A DNA stretch of 64,000 nt, taken from the NCBI RefSeq assembly GCF_040218225.1, contig NZ_JAVJQO010000003.1, forward strand, positions 163,326 to 227,325, in the 5' to 3' direction. The DNA is from Gracilimonas sp. Its GTDB lineage: Bacteria; Bacteroidota; Rhodothermia; Balneolales; Balneolaceae. Under the pieces are notes generated by a model. That model was not told the DNA's origin. It was given only the letters and a program-made list of their open reading frames with translations, and searched no databases. Position 1 is the stretch's first letter. Each line of letters starts with the position of its first letter. This document shows, piece after piece, positions 35,708 to 44,878 of this stretch. The translations under genes and the position numbers were made by a program.

Positions 35708-36436
35708 ATGGCTGGAAATAAAATTTATAGCGAAAGTGAATTTCAGGTTTCCGGCTTAAAGATTGATGTTATTAGAAAAAACGTTAAAAATCTTAATCTC
35801 AGGGTTTATCCTGCAGAGCACCGTGTTCGTATTTCCGTCCCCCGGCGAATTCCCGATTCGGAAGTAGCACGATTTATTGAAGACAAGCTTCCCTGGATTC
35901 GTAAACATTTAGCTAATTATCGGAAAAGACCTAAATCCGAGCCAAAAAAATTTATTACCGGAGAGTCACATTCAGTTTGGGGACAAAAGCTTGAGTTGGT
36001 AGTAGTTGAAAAGAATAAACCGCCCCGGGTTTTTGTGGATGATGACAAACTGAATTTATACATACGTCCCGGAACCGATCAAAAAAAGAGAGCTTCTGTG
36101 CTGAAAGAGTGGTACAGGGATGAGTTAAAGCAAAGAATCCCGGAGTTGATCGGGAAGTGGGAGCCTCAGATGGGAGTTAAGGTTGAAGAGTTTGGAGTAA
36201 AACAAATGAAAACCCGCTGGGGCACGTGCAACATTCGCGCACGCAGAATCTGGTTGAATCTGGAGTTAGCTAAAAAAAGACCGGAACTCCTTGAATATGT
36301 GGTGGTTCACGAAATGGTGCATTTGCTGGAGCGCCTTCACAATAAACGGTTTTATGGTTTTATGAGCCGATTCCTGCCCAACTGGAAAGCCCTGAAAAAC
36401 GAACTGAACGGAAAGTCGCACGTCTCAGATTGCTGA
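35708..36436 (+). CDS. YgjP-like M48-family metallopeptidase (DUF45)
   Basis: 242 aa. It contains WGTCN...I-LN--L and the zinc motif VVVHEMVHLLE. Confidence 0.8.
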   Translation: MAGNKIYSESEFQVSGLKIDVIRKNVKNLNLRVYPAEHRVRISVPRRIPDSEVARFIEDKLPWIRKHLANYRKRPKSEPKKFITGESHSVWGQKLELVVVEKNKPPRVFVDDDKLNLYIRPGTDQKKRASVLKEWYRDELKQRIPELIGKWEPQMGVKVEEFGVKQMKTRWGTCNIRARRIWLNLELAKKRPELLEYVVVHEMVHLLERLHNKRFYGFMSRFLPNWKALKNELNGKSHVSDC

Positions 36437-36485
36437 ATTTTTCAAAAACTACCGCAGGTTTTTCTCCATTCCGGCATCTAAATAA

Positions 36486-37007
36486 ATGAACACCAATTTA
36501 GATATGGAGATTGAGATGAAAACTCTTTTAAAATCAATAGCCCTTACAACGTTGATATTTTCCTTTGCTGTGAGTGCATCTGCCCAGCAACGATTTAATA
36601 ATTCAACCCGACCAAAGGCAAACTGTATTGACCAAATTCAACAATTCAGAGGTAATCAGGGCAGTCAGCATCAGCGAATGCTCCAATACCTTGATCTATC
36701 TGATGAGCAAAACGAACAAATTCAAAGCATTCACTTGAATGGGCAAAAAGCCATGCTCCCATTGCGAAATCAAATGCGCGAGAAAAATGCCCGGCTACTA
36801 TCGTTAACTACCGGCGATGAATTTGATGAAGCTGCTGTAAACACCCTTATTACAGAAATCAGTGATCTTAATGCATCTATGATGACAATGAGAATTTCTC
36901 ATCGTCAACAAATCCGAAGTTTGTTAACCGAAGAGCAACAGGTCAAATTTGACTCCTTCCACATGAATATGAAGAACCGTAGCGGACGAATGGGACGGGG
37001 TCAATAG
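36486..37007 (+). CDS. periplasmic Spy/CpxP-family (LTXXQ-repeat) protein
   Basis: 173 aa with a signal peptide after the alternative start at 36516 (MKTLLKSIALTTLIFSFAVSASAQQ). It has the motifs LSDEQNEQI and LTEEQQVKF. Confidence 0.65.
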   Translation: MNTNLDMEIEMKTLLKSIALTTLIFSFAVSASAQQRFNNSTRPKANCIDQIQQFRGNQGSQHQRMLQYLDLSDEQNEQIQSIHLNGQKAMLPLRNQMREKNARLLSLTTGDEFDEAAVNTLITEISDLNASMMTMRISHRQQIRSLLTEEQQVKFDSFHMNMKNRSGRMGRGQ

Positions 37008-37074
37008 TTAGTTGATTGAGTAAAATGTGGGGACTAACATCCCTGCATTTTATTTTAACTTTCTGATAGCTATA

Positions 37075-37704
37075 ATGCACTCTCTAGCAGCTAATATGAA
37101 ACCTCAAAATGATGGTCAGATCGGAGAAAATGATTTCATAGGGCGCCTTAAAAAGCAGGATCAATCGGCTTTCAAACAGCTGGTGAATACATATAAGGAT
37201 CAGGTTTATAATACCTGTCTAGGCTTTTTAAAAAATCCCCATGATGCTGAAGATGTAGCACAGGAAGTTTTCATTCAAATATATGATTCGATTGATGACT
37301 TCCGGGAAGAAGCAACCTTATCAACATGGATTTACAGAATTGCAGTTACAAAGTCTTTAGAATTGATTCGATATCGAAAGCGCAAAAAGCGGTCCGGTTT
37401 TTTTCAGGCCATGAGTTCTGTTTTCAGTGAACCGGATGAAGAGGCTGATGAATCCGGATATATGCATCCCGGAGTTAAACTGGAGAATAAAGAGCGGGCG
37501 GCCGTTTTATTTAATGAAATTGAACAACTTCCCGAACGACAACGCATTGCCTTCACCTTACAAAAAGTGGAAGGACTTAGCTATCAGGAAGTGGCAGATG
37601 TGATGAAATTAAGCATTCCAGCTGTAGAATCTTTACTGTATCGAGGCAAAGAAAATTTAAAAAAGCAGCTGTCTTCTTACTACCAACAAAACGAACTGGA
37701 CTAA
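37075..37704 (+). CDS. ECF-type RNA polymerase sigma-70 factor
   Basis: Region 2 (DAEDVAQEVFIQIY...FREEATLSTWIYRIA) and region 4 (LPERQRIAFTLQKVEGLSYQEVADVM) are present. I moved the start to the first ATG, which is in frame with the track's GTG at 37027. Confidence 0.85.
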   Translation: MHSLAANMKPQNDGQIGENDFIGRLKKQDQSAFKQLVNTYKDQVYNTCLGFLKNPHDAEDVAQEVFIQIYDSIDDFREEATLSTWIYRIAVTKSLELIRYRKRKKRSGFFQAMSSVFSEPDEEADESGYMHPGVKLENKERAAVLFNEIEQLPERQRIAFTLQKVEGLSYQEVADVMKLSIPAVESLLYRGKENLKKQLSSYYQQNELD

Positions 37705-37708
37705 GGAA

Positions 37709-38059
37709 ATGAGTACCCATAAAAAAAATATTGAAGAGGAAGTGCAAAAAACATTAAACGCACTTGATGGCATCGAAAAGGCCTCTACCGATGATTTCTT
37801 CTACAGCCGATTATCAGCTAGACTCGAAAACCGGGAAGTGTCTGATTCGCGGCAAGAAACTTCATTTAATTATGGTTTTGCTTTTTCAGCGGCGGCTGTA
37901 TTCATCGTTCTAATGCTAAATTTGATTTCGATTATTCAATATGAACCGGAATCAACAACCGGAGACTCTGAGCTTAACAGAGAAGGCGTAATGGAACAGC
38001 TAGCTTCAGAATATGAGGTGGTTGACTTGAATTACTATCAAACTTTTGAGGAAGAATAA
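37709..38059 (+). CDS. putative single-pass anti-sigma factor
   Basis: 116 aa, 4 nt after the sigma-factor stop, with one TM helix (FAFSAAAVFIVLMLNLISII). The call rests on position only. Confidence 0.45.
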   Translation: MSTHKKNIEEEVQKTLNALDGIEKASTDDFFYSRLSARLENREVSDSRQETSFNYGFAFSAAAVFIVLMLNLISIIQYEPESTTGDSELNREGVMEQLASEYEVVDLNYYQTFEEE

Positions 38060-38060
38060 T

Positions 38061-38573
38061 ATGACGATTGAGAAAAAATACAAATGGGTGCTGACCGGCT
38101 TTATCATCATGCTGGTGTTAAACCTCGCTGCTTTAACAACCATTTGGTTTGGAAGTCCGGTTACCCGTGACTGGAATTATCGTAACAATGGAAATCAGGG
38201 TAGAACTCAAGTCCACAAATTCATGCAAAAGGAACTTGGCCTTTCTGAAGCCCAAACCGATAGTATATCAACGTTACGAAAAGCACATTTTGGAGAAATG
38301 AGAAAACTCCGAAACAATCTTGAAGTTCAACGCCAAGCCTATTTTGACTTTATTATGAGTGAGAATTCTGATAATCCATCACAAAGAGACTCTCTGTTGA
38401 ATGAACTTACCAGGCAATATATTGAAGTAGAAGGAGCTTTATATGTTCATCTTTCCGAGATGAAATCCGTTTTAAATTCCAGTCAACAGAAGAAATTCAA
38501 GCAACTTATGAGAGAAACGCTTCTGAAAAGTCACCGCCGAAATCAGGCACATAACCCAATTGGACACAGATAG
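38061..38573 (+). CDS. membrane-anchored Spy/CpxP-like (LTXXQ-type) protein
   Basis: It has an N-terminal TM helix (WVLTGFIIMLVLNLAALTTIWF) and the motifs LSEAQTDSI and LNSSQQKKF. ATG 38061 follows the upstream stop directly; the ORF track used TTG 38046. Confidence 0.6.
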   Translation: MTIEKKYKWVLTGFIIMLVLNLAALTTIWFGSPVTRDWNYRNNGNQGRTQVHKFMQKELGLSEAQTDSISTLRKAHFGEMRKLRNNLEVQRQAYFDFIMSENSDNPSQRDSLLNELTRQYIEVEGALYVHLSEMKSVLNSSQQKKFKQLMRETLLKSHRRNQAHNPIGHR

Positions 38574-38577
38574 TACA

Positions 38578-38612
38578 ATAAAAAAGCCCCGAAGTTTAAA
38601 CCTCAGGGCTTA
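38578..38612 (-). terminator. intrinsic terminator of the 994-aa gene (shared convergent region)
   Basis: The minus strand reads AAGCCCTGAGG-tttaaa-CTTCGGGGCTT followed by TTTTTATT. Confidence 0.65.
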
Positions 38613-38642
38613 TTCTAACTCGTGCTGATAAGCAATTAGCTA

Positions 38643-41627
38643 TTATTTAATAAGTGTCATTCTACGGGTCTCTGATAAACCGGCAGCCTCTAATCTGTAA
38701 ATATAAATGCCACTGGCAAGTTGAGACGCATCAAAATTAAAGGTATAACTGCCACCCGTTTGTCGTTGGTTTACTATTGTAGAAACCAGTCTTCCGGTAA
38801 TATCAAATACCTGAAGCTTCACGTTGCCACTGCTCGGAAGATTATAGCTAATTTTTGTGCTTGGGTTAAATGGGTTTGGATAATTCTGGTTTAGCTTAAA
38901 ATCACGAATCGTGCTAACAACTTCTTCTTCATTGTTTACCGAAAGCGGATCTTCGAAGATATAAACAAAATCCCGCAAGTAGTTGAAATCATCCTGCGAC
39001 ATTACAAACTCTCTGGTTCCATTACCATTGAAATCTCCAATAGCAGAATGTGAGGTTGAAGAGAGAATGTTGTTATTGTTATTACCAAAGCCAAGCTGAG
39101 AGTTTGGCGCTTCGAGGAGAATATCAACTTCACCATCAACACCGATTTCAGTTAAATCAGCTTTTCCTAAATAAACTCCGGCGTTTGTTAACCCATTATT
39201 GCCAAAATTACCTGGAGTAGTACCTACGAGCAGTTCATCTGAACCATCTCCATTCATATCTGGTACAGTAGTAAGCTCACCAATACTAGATACAGCAAAC
39301 TCGTTGGTTACTTCGCCAGATGTTATCCTTTCGTTTAAACCGGCATTTGCATACTCACTGAGCAATAAAGGGAATGAGGCATCATGTAAGGAATCAGCTT
39401 CAGATCCTCCTTCGAAGATATAGATGGCATCAAGCCCTTCTCCTGATTGCTGATGAAAGAAAGGAGAAACCGCCAGGTCAGGAACGCCATTTCCATTGAA
39501 ATCTCCCGAAGTCATTGTGATGCCGAAAAAGTTCAGAGTTTGACCAGGCTCAACTGGAGCGGGCAGAACCATAACAGGATCTGCAGAAAGTGTATCTCCT
39601 GAGTCTTCATCATATCCTGCAAAGATTTGCACAGCATCTGGTTCACCTTTAAATGCTCCCCAAAGTGCAAAATGGTTAATGCCTGTTTCAAAGAAATCAC
39701 CCAGTTTCACAAAGTTTCCTCCACCTGACGAAAATCCAATATCCGGTGTATTTGATAGTGTGCTCCCTCCGAGTAAAATTTGAGATGGTGTGTTTCCGGT
39801 GGAGTTGTATGGAGAAAAGATTAAATCTTCAATTCCATCACCGTTTATATCACCAATATTGGCCATAGCCTCAAATCCACTTTCCGGAAATTGTGCGTTC
39901 TCATCATAAATGTCTTCATATAAGATCTGATGATCAGAATCCGCATTCATATCCGAGCCTCCAAAATAAATATAGAGACCGATATCAACGATTCCTGAAA
40001 TATTTAATGCAATATCAGAAAATCCATCATTGTTAAAATCTCCAATGGCTGGAAAGGCTACAAAGTAATTGTCTTCTGCAGTGGTAATTTCCAGATCTGG
40101 TTCATCAAAAGAACCCCCGCCAAAGTAAATATTGACTGAGCCTCGATAAACGATTCCAAAATCCTGAATACCATCTCCATTCAGGTCTCCTGCATTAAAG
40201 GTGTGCCTTGGAATATCGCCTGCTTCATTTTGTGAGAAAACAATTTCAGACGTTGAATCAAAGTTACCAGCCGAGTTTCCAAAATAAACCCGATAGCCAT
40301 AATCATTGGTGTTTTCATTCGAGAATTCTACTATGATATCATCAATACCATCGCCATCTACGTCGCCGCCGCTATTAACTTTGGCATTGGCACTACCGAT
40401 TAACCCTATTATATCTCCTTCATCCAAAGCAAGGTCTGTGGAGCTTAAATTTAGATCTGTGTCTGAAGATATATGCAGTACAGATTCCGTGGATGTAACA
40501 AGCAAATTATCCTGACCATCCTCGTTATAATCTCCAATTACAGCAAAGCCATTAGATGGATAACTAGTAGCGTTCAGGTTATCCAAGATGTAGTATTCGC
40601 CAGGCTCTTCGCTTACGGAGATTACATTTAGTTCACCCTCAGCATAAACAAGCATTTCTGTGTTTCCATCTCCATTCAAATCTGCTGGTGCAATTTGCCC
40701 TGAACTCATAGCATTAATCGACTCAAAGAAGTTATCTAAAGTATCCCGACTTACTACTTCAAAACTTCCATCTACTTTTTGATAGATACTAACTGTGCTG
40801 TAAATCGTATTTGCACCACTCTCCTGATATGAAGAAACCTGAACCACCTCACCTGTTCCATCATTGTCAACATCACCAAACATGAACTCATCATAACGCA
40901 GTTGGTTTTCTACAGTGTAAGTAAGCGTATCTATAGAAACATCCTCTATATTTTCTGCACCGTAAACCAGGTAACTTTCATTAGTTATATTATTGCTCAA
41001 GGCTAATCTATCGTTATAAACAACAAAATCGTTATAACCATCTTCATTAAAGTCTCCATAGCTTCTGTAAGCAATGGAAGTGTATGGAAGTGCGAATATT
41101 TCAATTTCTGCTAAAGTGGTGAGCTCTCCATCCGATTGATCTACATCCAGATACAGAACACCATCTTCATATCTGACAGATTCCGGAACTCCATCACCAT
41201 TGATGTCTTCTAAAAATGCAAAACCATTTCTGATCAACTCTTTGTTCTCTTCATCCAACCCGTTCTCGGTTCCATAATAAACTACCGTTTTAGTGATCTG
41301 GTCTGTAAGGTCTTCGGTGGTTTCATCAGGAGCAAGAACGGTATAATAGAAATCAGACCTGCCATCTCCATTCAAATCTCCGGCATGTCTAAGCTGAGAA
41401 CTTGGAAGAAAATTAAATTCTCCATCAGCAAACTCGAGTCCCCCCAAAGCTTGCGAATATTCAAGCACTCTATCCGCCATTAAGTTTGAATATTTTGCGG
41501 CCTGTTGGTTTAATTCATACTCAGAAACCGTTTTTTTTAGCTGTTTAGCAGCTTTGTCTTGCTGTTGGGCAAATAAACTACTTGTACCCACAATCATCAT
41601 TAGTATTATTAGTAAATGTTGCTTCAT
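38643..41627 (-). CDS. FG-GAP/VCBS-repeat protein with T9SS C-terminal sorting domain
   Basis: 994 aa with a signal peptide. At least 12 calcium-binding-type repeats occur (GDLNGDGRSDF, GDFNEDGYNDF, GDVDNDGTGEV, ADLNGDGNTEM, GDYNEDGQDNL, GDVDGDGIDDI, GDLNGDGIQDF, GDFNNDGFSDI, GDINGDGIEDL, GDFNGNGVPDL, PDMNGDGSDEL, GDFNGNGTREF). The C-terminus is NYPNPFNPSTKISY...GIYIYRLEA...RRMTLIK. Confidence 0.85.
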   Translation of the reverse strand: MKQHLLIILMMIVGTSSLFAQQQDKAAKQLKKTVSEYELNQQAAKYSNLMADRVLEYSQALGGLEFADGEFNFLPSSQLRHAGDLNGDGRSDFYYTVLAPDETTEDLTDQITKTVVYYGTENGLDEENKELIRNGFAFLEDINGDGVPESVRYEDGVLYLDVDQSDGELTTLAEIEIFALPYTSIAYRSYGDFNEDGYNDFVVYNDRLALSNNITNESYLVYGAENIEDVSIDTLTYTVENQLRYDEFMFGDVDNDGTGEVVQVSSYQESGANTIYSTVSIYQKVDGSFEVVSRDTLDNFFESINAMSSGQIAPADLNGDGNTEMLVYAEGELNVISVSEEPGEYYILDNLNATSYPSNGFAVIGDYNEDGQDNLLVTSTESVLHISSDTDLNLSSTDLALDEGDIIGLIGSANAKVNSGGDVDGDGIDDIIVEFSNENTNDYGYRVYFGNSAGNFDSTSEIVFSQNEAGDIPRHTFNAGDLNGDGIQDFGIVYRGSVNIYFGGGSFDEPDLEITTAEDNYFVAFPAIGDFNNDGFSDIALNISGIVDIGLYIYFGGSDMNADSDHQILYEDIYDENAQFPESGFEAMANIGDINGDGIEDLIFSPYNSTGNTPSQILLGGSTLSNTPDIGFSSGGGNFVKLGDFFETGINHFALWGAFKGEPDAVQIFAGYDEDSGDTLSADPVMVLPAPVEPGQTLNFFGITMTSGDFNGNGVPDLAVSPFFHQQSGEGLDAIYIFEGGSEADSLHDASFPLLLSEYANAGLNERITSGEVTNEFAVSSIGELTTVPDMNGDGSDELLVGTTPGNFGNNGLTNAGVYLGKADLTEIGVDGEVDILLEAPNSQLGFGNNNNNILSSTSHSAIGDFNGNGTREFVMSQDDFNYLRDFVYIFEDPLSVNNEEEVVSTIRDFKLNQNYPNPFNPSTKISYNLPSSGNVKLQVFDITGRLVSTIVNQRQTGGSYTFNFDASQLASGIYIYRLEAAGLSETRRMTLIK

Positions 41628-41949
41628 ACCCCTGTAAGTTAGTTTAAATTAACATCTAAGCTTACATAATTAGATTTTAAAATAAAAACACCGATATATG
41701 TGGTATTTATTATTCGTGAATATTTAGTTAGCCTTAAATACAATAAAATTTTTCTGATAAACATTTTTTGGCGTTTGATCTTGTTCTTATAAAGCTGGTT
41801 TTTACCTGTATAAAATTCCCATCTCTCTTTTTCTGATGTAAAGAATAAAAGCGACAGCAGCTTTTTTGCTGAGTTCATGTTACCAAGCTCTCATTAAAAG
41901 TAGTTCCATAAGTCGATGTTCGGCCGATTATTGCGTATCTTCAAGGCCT

Positions 41950-43062
41950 ATGAATACGACAAAAACAGCTCAAAAAACTGATCTCAAAGCACTCACTAAA
42001 GACGAACTTGCTCATTTCTGCAAAGAGCTTGGACTGCAAAGTTTTCGCTCCGACCAGGTTTTCCAATGGCTATATCAAAAAGGCGTTTCCGACTTTGAGG
42101 ACATGACCAATCTATCCAAAGACCTCAGAGAAAAGCTAAGAGAAATAGCCACCATCAACCGGATTAAACCGGTTCAACAGCAAGAGAGCAAAGATGGTAC
42201 CATCAAGTTTCTTTTTCAACTGAATGATCCTGAAGAAGATTATAAAGTTGAAGCTGTATTGATACCTGATTTTTTTGCTGATGGAGCTGCCCGGCGACTT
42301 ACCGTTTGTGTATCTTCACAGGTAGGATGCGTATTTGGTTGTGCTTTTTGTGCAACCGGAAAAATGGGTTTGTTTAGAAATCTTACCCACGGTGAAATTG
42401 TAGATCAGGTTCAATATATCAATGAATTGGCTGAAGAAAGATACGGCAAGAAAATCACCAACATTGTTTATATGGGGATGGGAGAACCGCTTCACAATTA
42501 CAAAGCTATTGTCAATTCTGCCCATATTATTTCGGACCCGCTTAGTATTGAGCTTTCCCCAAAACGAATTACCGTTTCTACCGTTGGGCTCACCAAACAG
42601 ATTAAGAAACTGGCCGATGATCAGGAAGAATTTAACCTTGCTATCTCTCTTCACGCCCCAACTGATGAGAAGCGGGATAAGATTATGCCGATCAACAGCT
42701 CCATGAACCTGGAGAGCCTGGAAGACGCTGTTAAATATTATTACAAGGCCACTGAGCGGCCAATCACGTATGAATACCTGCTATTCGATAATTTCAATGA
42801 TAGTCCTGAGGATGCCCGTAATCTTGCCAAGATTGTGAAATGGGCTCCCAGTAAAGTCAACATCATTATGTACAACAACGTGGCTGGTGTAGAGTTAAAA
42901 AGAGCCCGGGAAGAAAGACTGGATAACTTTATGCGGGAACTGATTAAAAACGATGTGCGCGCTACAGTTCGCCGAAGTCGCGGAGATGATATTGATGCCG
43001 GTTGTGGTCAACTTGCTATTCGGGAAGGAGCTCCCAAAGGTAAGACGATGGCTAAAAATTGA
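41950..43062 (+). CDS. rlmN: 23S rRNA/tRNA (adenine-C2)-methyltransferase RlmN (radical SAM)
   Basis: It contains FRSDQVFQWLY, the cluster motif CVSSQVGCVFGCAFCATG, and GMGEPL. I moved the start to ATG 41950 (MNTTKTAQK...) rather than the track's upstream alternative start at 41866. Confidence 0.9.
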   Translation: MNTTKTAQKTDLKALTKDELAHFCKELGLQSFRSDQVFQWLYQKGVSDFEDMTNLSKDLREKLREIATINRIKPVQQQESKDGTIKFLFQLNDPEEDYKVEAVLIPDFFADGAARRLTVCVSSQVGCVFGCAFCATGKMGLFRNLTHGEIVDQVQYINELAEERYGKKITNIVYMGMGEPLHNYKAIVNSAHIISDPLSIELSPKRITVSTVGLTKQIKKLADDQEEFNLAISLHAPTDEKRDKIMPINSSMNLESLEDAVKYYYKATERPITYEYLLFDNFNDSPEDARNLAKIVKWAPSKVNIIMYNNVAGVELKRAREERLDNFMRELIKNDVRATVRRSRGDDIDAGCGQLAIREGAPKGKTMAKN

Positions 43063-43078
43063 GGTTTTTAAATTCAAG

Positions 43079-43162
43079 ATTCAAAATTATAAATTAAAAA
43101 TTGGGTTCGATATTAAGTTCATCTTTCACCCAATTCTTAATCCTTCATCTTTAATTTTGAAT
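43079..43162. terminator. nested inverted repeats between convergent rlmN and lepB
   Basis: The outer repeat is ATTCAAAATT (43079-43088) / AATTTTGAAT (43153-43162). The inner repeat is AATTGGGT (43099-43106) / ACCCAATT (43128-43135). Confidence 0.35.
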
Positions 43163-43172
43163 TATTTAAATC

Positions 43173-44276
43173 CTAATCAATCATCGTAAAAATTCGCTCG
43201 AAACGTGGCACCCAGTTATCGGTAGAAAACCATACAATGGATGCTTTCCCGATAATATGATCGCTGGGCACAAATCCCCAGAAACGGGAATCCTGACTAT
43301 TATCCCGGTTGTCACCCATGGCAAAGTAATAGTCCTGCTTAATAGTATAGGAATTGGTCTCTTCCCCGTTGATGAAGGTCGTTCCGCCCTCTCTCCTCAG
43401 TTCGTTCTTTTCGTATCGCTCAATGATATCTTTATAAATGAACCAGTTTTCGTTGGTGATTTGGATTTCCTGTCCTTCAAACGGTATAACGATTTCGGGC
43501 AGCTGATCAGAATTGTTGAACGCTCTTGAGAAATCTCCCTGACTTTGCACATAATTCCGGTCTACGCTGCCCTCTGGAGTTACATTCAGGAACATGGTAT
43601 CCACTTCAGCCCATCCACTTACGGTTGCAGCCACATCATCGGTCATGTTCACTACATAGGTATTGTTATTGGTGTAACCGATTAACTCTCCGCCAACCGA
43701 TTCCATTTTAGCGTTGCTCAGGCGGACTCGCTCTGCCATTCTTACTACGTAATGCCTCTGTACACCTTCATGCTGAACCGATTTTTCTCCGTTGATGTAC
43801 AGAATTTTATCCTGTATCAAAACGGTGTCGCCGGGAATAGCAACTGCTCTTTTTATGTAATTAGTTTTTTGTGAAATGGGCTTCACTTCCCACGGTACAT
43901 TAAATACAAAAATGTCGTTTCGTTCTACATCTCGGAAACCGGGCAGCCTGGTCCATGGAAGCTGAACTCCCGGAACACACCATCCCTGCAAAAACGGAAC
44001 ACACAATCCCATAGGAGTTCTGGGCCCGTAGGTTACATTCGATACGATGAGTAAATCGCCTGTCATCAGGGTTTTCTCCATAGAAGGAGTTGGAATTTTG
44101 TACGAACCAAACAGAAATGCACGAAGAATAGCAGCAGCAATAAAGGCAAAAACAATGGCATCAACCCATTCGCGAAGCCAGGATTTAGCTTTTTTATTTT
44201 CTTCTTCTTTTTTGTCCTTCCTTTTCTTCCAGTATGAGCTTATGCCCTGCTCTTCGGGGTTTTTATTTTCTTCCAA
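43173..44276 (-). CDS. lepB: signal peptidase I (S26), long FCB-type form
   Basis: 367 aa. It contains IPTPSMEKTL (catalytic Ser box), YIKRAVAIPGD (Lys box) and GDNRDNSQDSRFWGFV. Confidence 0.9.
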   Translation of the reverse strand: MEENKNPEEQGISSYWKKRKDKKEEENKKAKSWLREWVDAIVFAFIAAAILRAFLFGSYKIPTPSMEKTLMTGDLLIVSNVTYGPRTPMGLCVPFLQGWCVPGVQLPWTRLPGFRDVERNDIFVFNVPWEVKPISQKTNYIKRAVAIPGDTVLIQDKILYINGEKSVQHEGVQRHYVVRMAERVRLSNAKMESVGGELIGYTNNNTYVVNMTDDVAATVSGWAEVDTMFLNVTPEGSVDRNYVQSQGDFSRAFNNSDQLPEIVIPFEGQEIQITNENWFIYKDIIERYEKNELRREGGTTFINGEETNSYTIKQDYYFAMGDNRDNSQDSRFWGFVPSDHIIGKASIVWFSTDNWVPRFERIFTMID

Positions 44277-44290
44277 GATCCGGGTGTTTA

Positions 44291-44872
44291 TTAAGTTTTT
44301 ATATGCGAGGGTTTCTTGATTTCCTCTTTTTTGTATTCACCTGCTTCGTAGGAAACCTTGTACCATTGTCCCCTTTCCGGTGAATAAAAATAGTCAACGT
44401 ATTCTTTCGGTGATGTTTGACGTAATTCTTTGGTTAAAGTTCTCTTTACCTGTGGCATCAAATCTATGTATCGACTTGCACCAACATAAACCAAACCATT
44501 GTCAAACGGGCCTTCCAGGTCTAATACCATCATCGGTATGTATCCATCAATAATAAACCAATATTCAAATTGTATGGATTTTCCATCCCGTAAATATCCA
44601 TCTTTTTCGATGATATCTTCTACGGTCTGAGTGGGATCTCCATATGCTCCCTGAAGTACCGCCCGAATTTCAATTGCCGGCATACGGTCCAGTTCATTGT
44701 AATTGAAACCCTGACCGGTCCATTTTATATCAGCAAAACGGGACTGAAATTCAGCGCGCTCTTCCTTACTGACTTTTTTTATCTCAGGCTCCTCAAATTG
44801 AGCCTGGGCTGTGGTGGAAATCATCACCATCATTACGAAAAAGAAAAGAATTCGTTTAGTTAATTTCTGCAT
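44291..44872 (-). CDS. hypothetical secreted protein between lepA and lepB
   Basis: 193 aa with a signal peptide (FFFVMMVMISTTAQAQ). It is tightly packed, with gaps of 6 nt and 14 nt to its neighbours. Confidence 0.55.
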   Translation of the reverse strand: MQKLTKRILFFFVMMVMISTTAQAQFEEPEIKKVSKEERAEFQSRFADIKWTGQGFNYNELDRMPAIEIRAVLQGAYGDPTQTVEDIIEKDGYLRDGKSIQFEYWFIIDGYIPMMVLDLEGPFDNGLVYVGASRYIDLMPQVKRTLTKELRQTSPKEYVDYFYSPERGQWYKVSYEAGEYKKEEIKKPSHIKT

Positions 44873-44878
44873 GGGAAT

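Noticed and set aside
41639-41878. 79-aa minus-strand ORF in the divergent region upstream of rlmN
   Set aside because: It is an AT-rich, K/L/I/F low-complexity translation in a promoter region. It overlaps the alternative upstream start of rlmN. No motif supports it.
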